Assembly: GCA_035221665.1 (NCBI GenBank)
Contig: CM069143.1
Location: 42,036,001 to 42,100,000, forward strand
From: Okamejei kenojei
Lineage: Eukaryota
Direction of reading: 5' to 3'
DNA length: 64,000 nt
The translations under genes were made by a program, and so were the position numbers. Below, in pieces: positions 63,470 to 64,000 of this stretch. The notes under the pieces were generated by a model that saw only the letters and a list, made by a program, of their open reading frames with translations, searched no databases and was not told where the DNA came from. Each line of letters begins with the position of its first letter. The stretch's first letter is position 1.

Positions 63470-63989
63470 ATTATCTATCAACCCTGCAAACCAATTCAGA
63501 ATTATTCATATGTTTGTACTTTTCAAATGTGTTACACATGAATAAGTCCTGCGACAAATTGTCACACAATATCATTTTACAGACATTTATTCTCCTCTGG
63601 CACTGAAGGACATTGGATAATTACATCCATTTCACTTATTTCTATCTAAAAGGAAAATAAAACAATGCATTTATTTTATCAATAAAGACATTTGCTTGTA
63701 TAATATGGTAAAATGTCGGACTGGTCGGTACATATTAATGAAAAACTAAATGCAGGCCACTCATACCCATGGTGGCTTATCATGATGATTCTTGCTTCAC
63801 CTGCATTGCCATTGGCAGCACAGTGCTGGACCATGTACTGAGATGAAGTAGGATCTCAAGTTTTGATTATAATTCTGTCTAGCCTCCAGTATCCCAATTT
63901 TTTTTTAACTTGCCATTATCTAGCAACCCTGACAACCCAATTCAGAATCATTCATATGTTTGTACTTTCCAAATGTGTTACACATGAAT
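63470..63989 (+). repeat. ~74-bp direct repeat pair
   Basis: 63470-63543 and 63915-63989 share attatct..caaccctg..ccaattcagaat.attcatatgtttgtacttt.caaatgtgttacacatgaat. Confidence 0.85.
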
Positions 63990-64000
63990 TAGTGCTTAAT

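Overview
AT-rich eukaryotic genomic DNA, most likely from a cartilaginous fish (skate, ray or shark). This is inferred from HER1/CR1-type LINEs with (TTTCTATG)n tails, HE1/V-SINE-type SINEs and a Deu-domain SINE. The only host protein-coding gene I can support is a two-exon class IV POU gene (13447-13566 and 14308-15231, + strand, 347 aa). Its residues fit the fourth paralog, pou4f4/Brn3d, better than POU4F1-3. It sits in a ~12.5 kb CpG-retaining, nearly TE-free domain with candidate enhancers. The rest is mostly transposons. (1) A 5.0 kb DIRS1-like tyrosine-recombinase retroelement (35301-40300, - strand) has perfect ITR/ICR cis-elements around a heavily decayed coding interior. (2) A family of Penelope-derived repeats carries a minimal hammerhead-ribozyme motif, with 12-15 bp TSDs and fold-back forms. 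One copy inside the DIRS element shows clustered A-to-G changes consistent with ADAR-edited RNA written back into the genome. (3) A non-autonomous Helitron has two 5' ends and internal minisatellites. (4) Also present are a decayed Gypsy element, a solo LTR, a BEL/Pao gag remnant, CR1, Rex1/Babar, L1-like and RTE LINE fragments, and SINEs. All family calls rest on motif recognition by eye; no database searches were run. Most short ORFs in the track are spurious.
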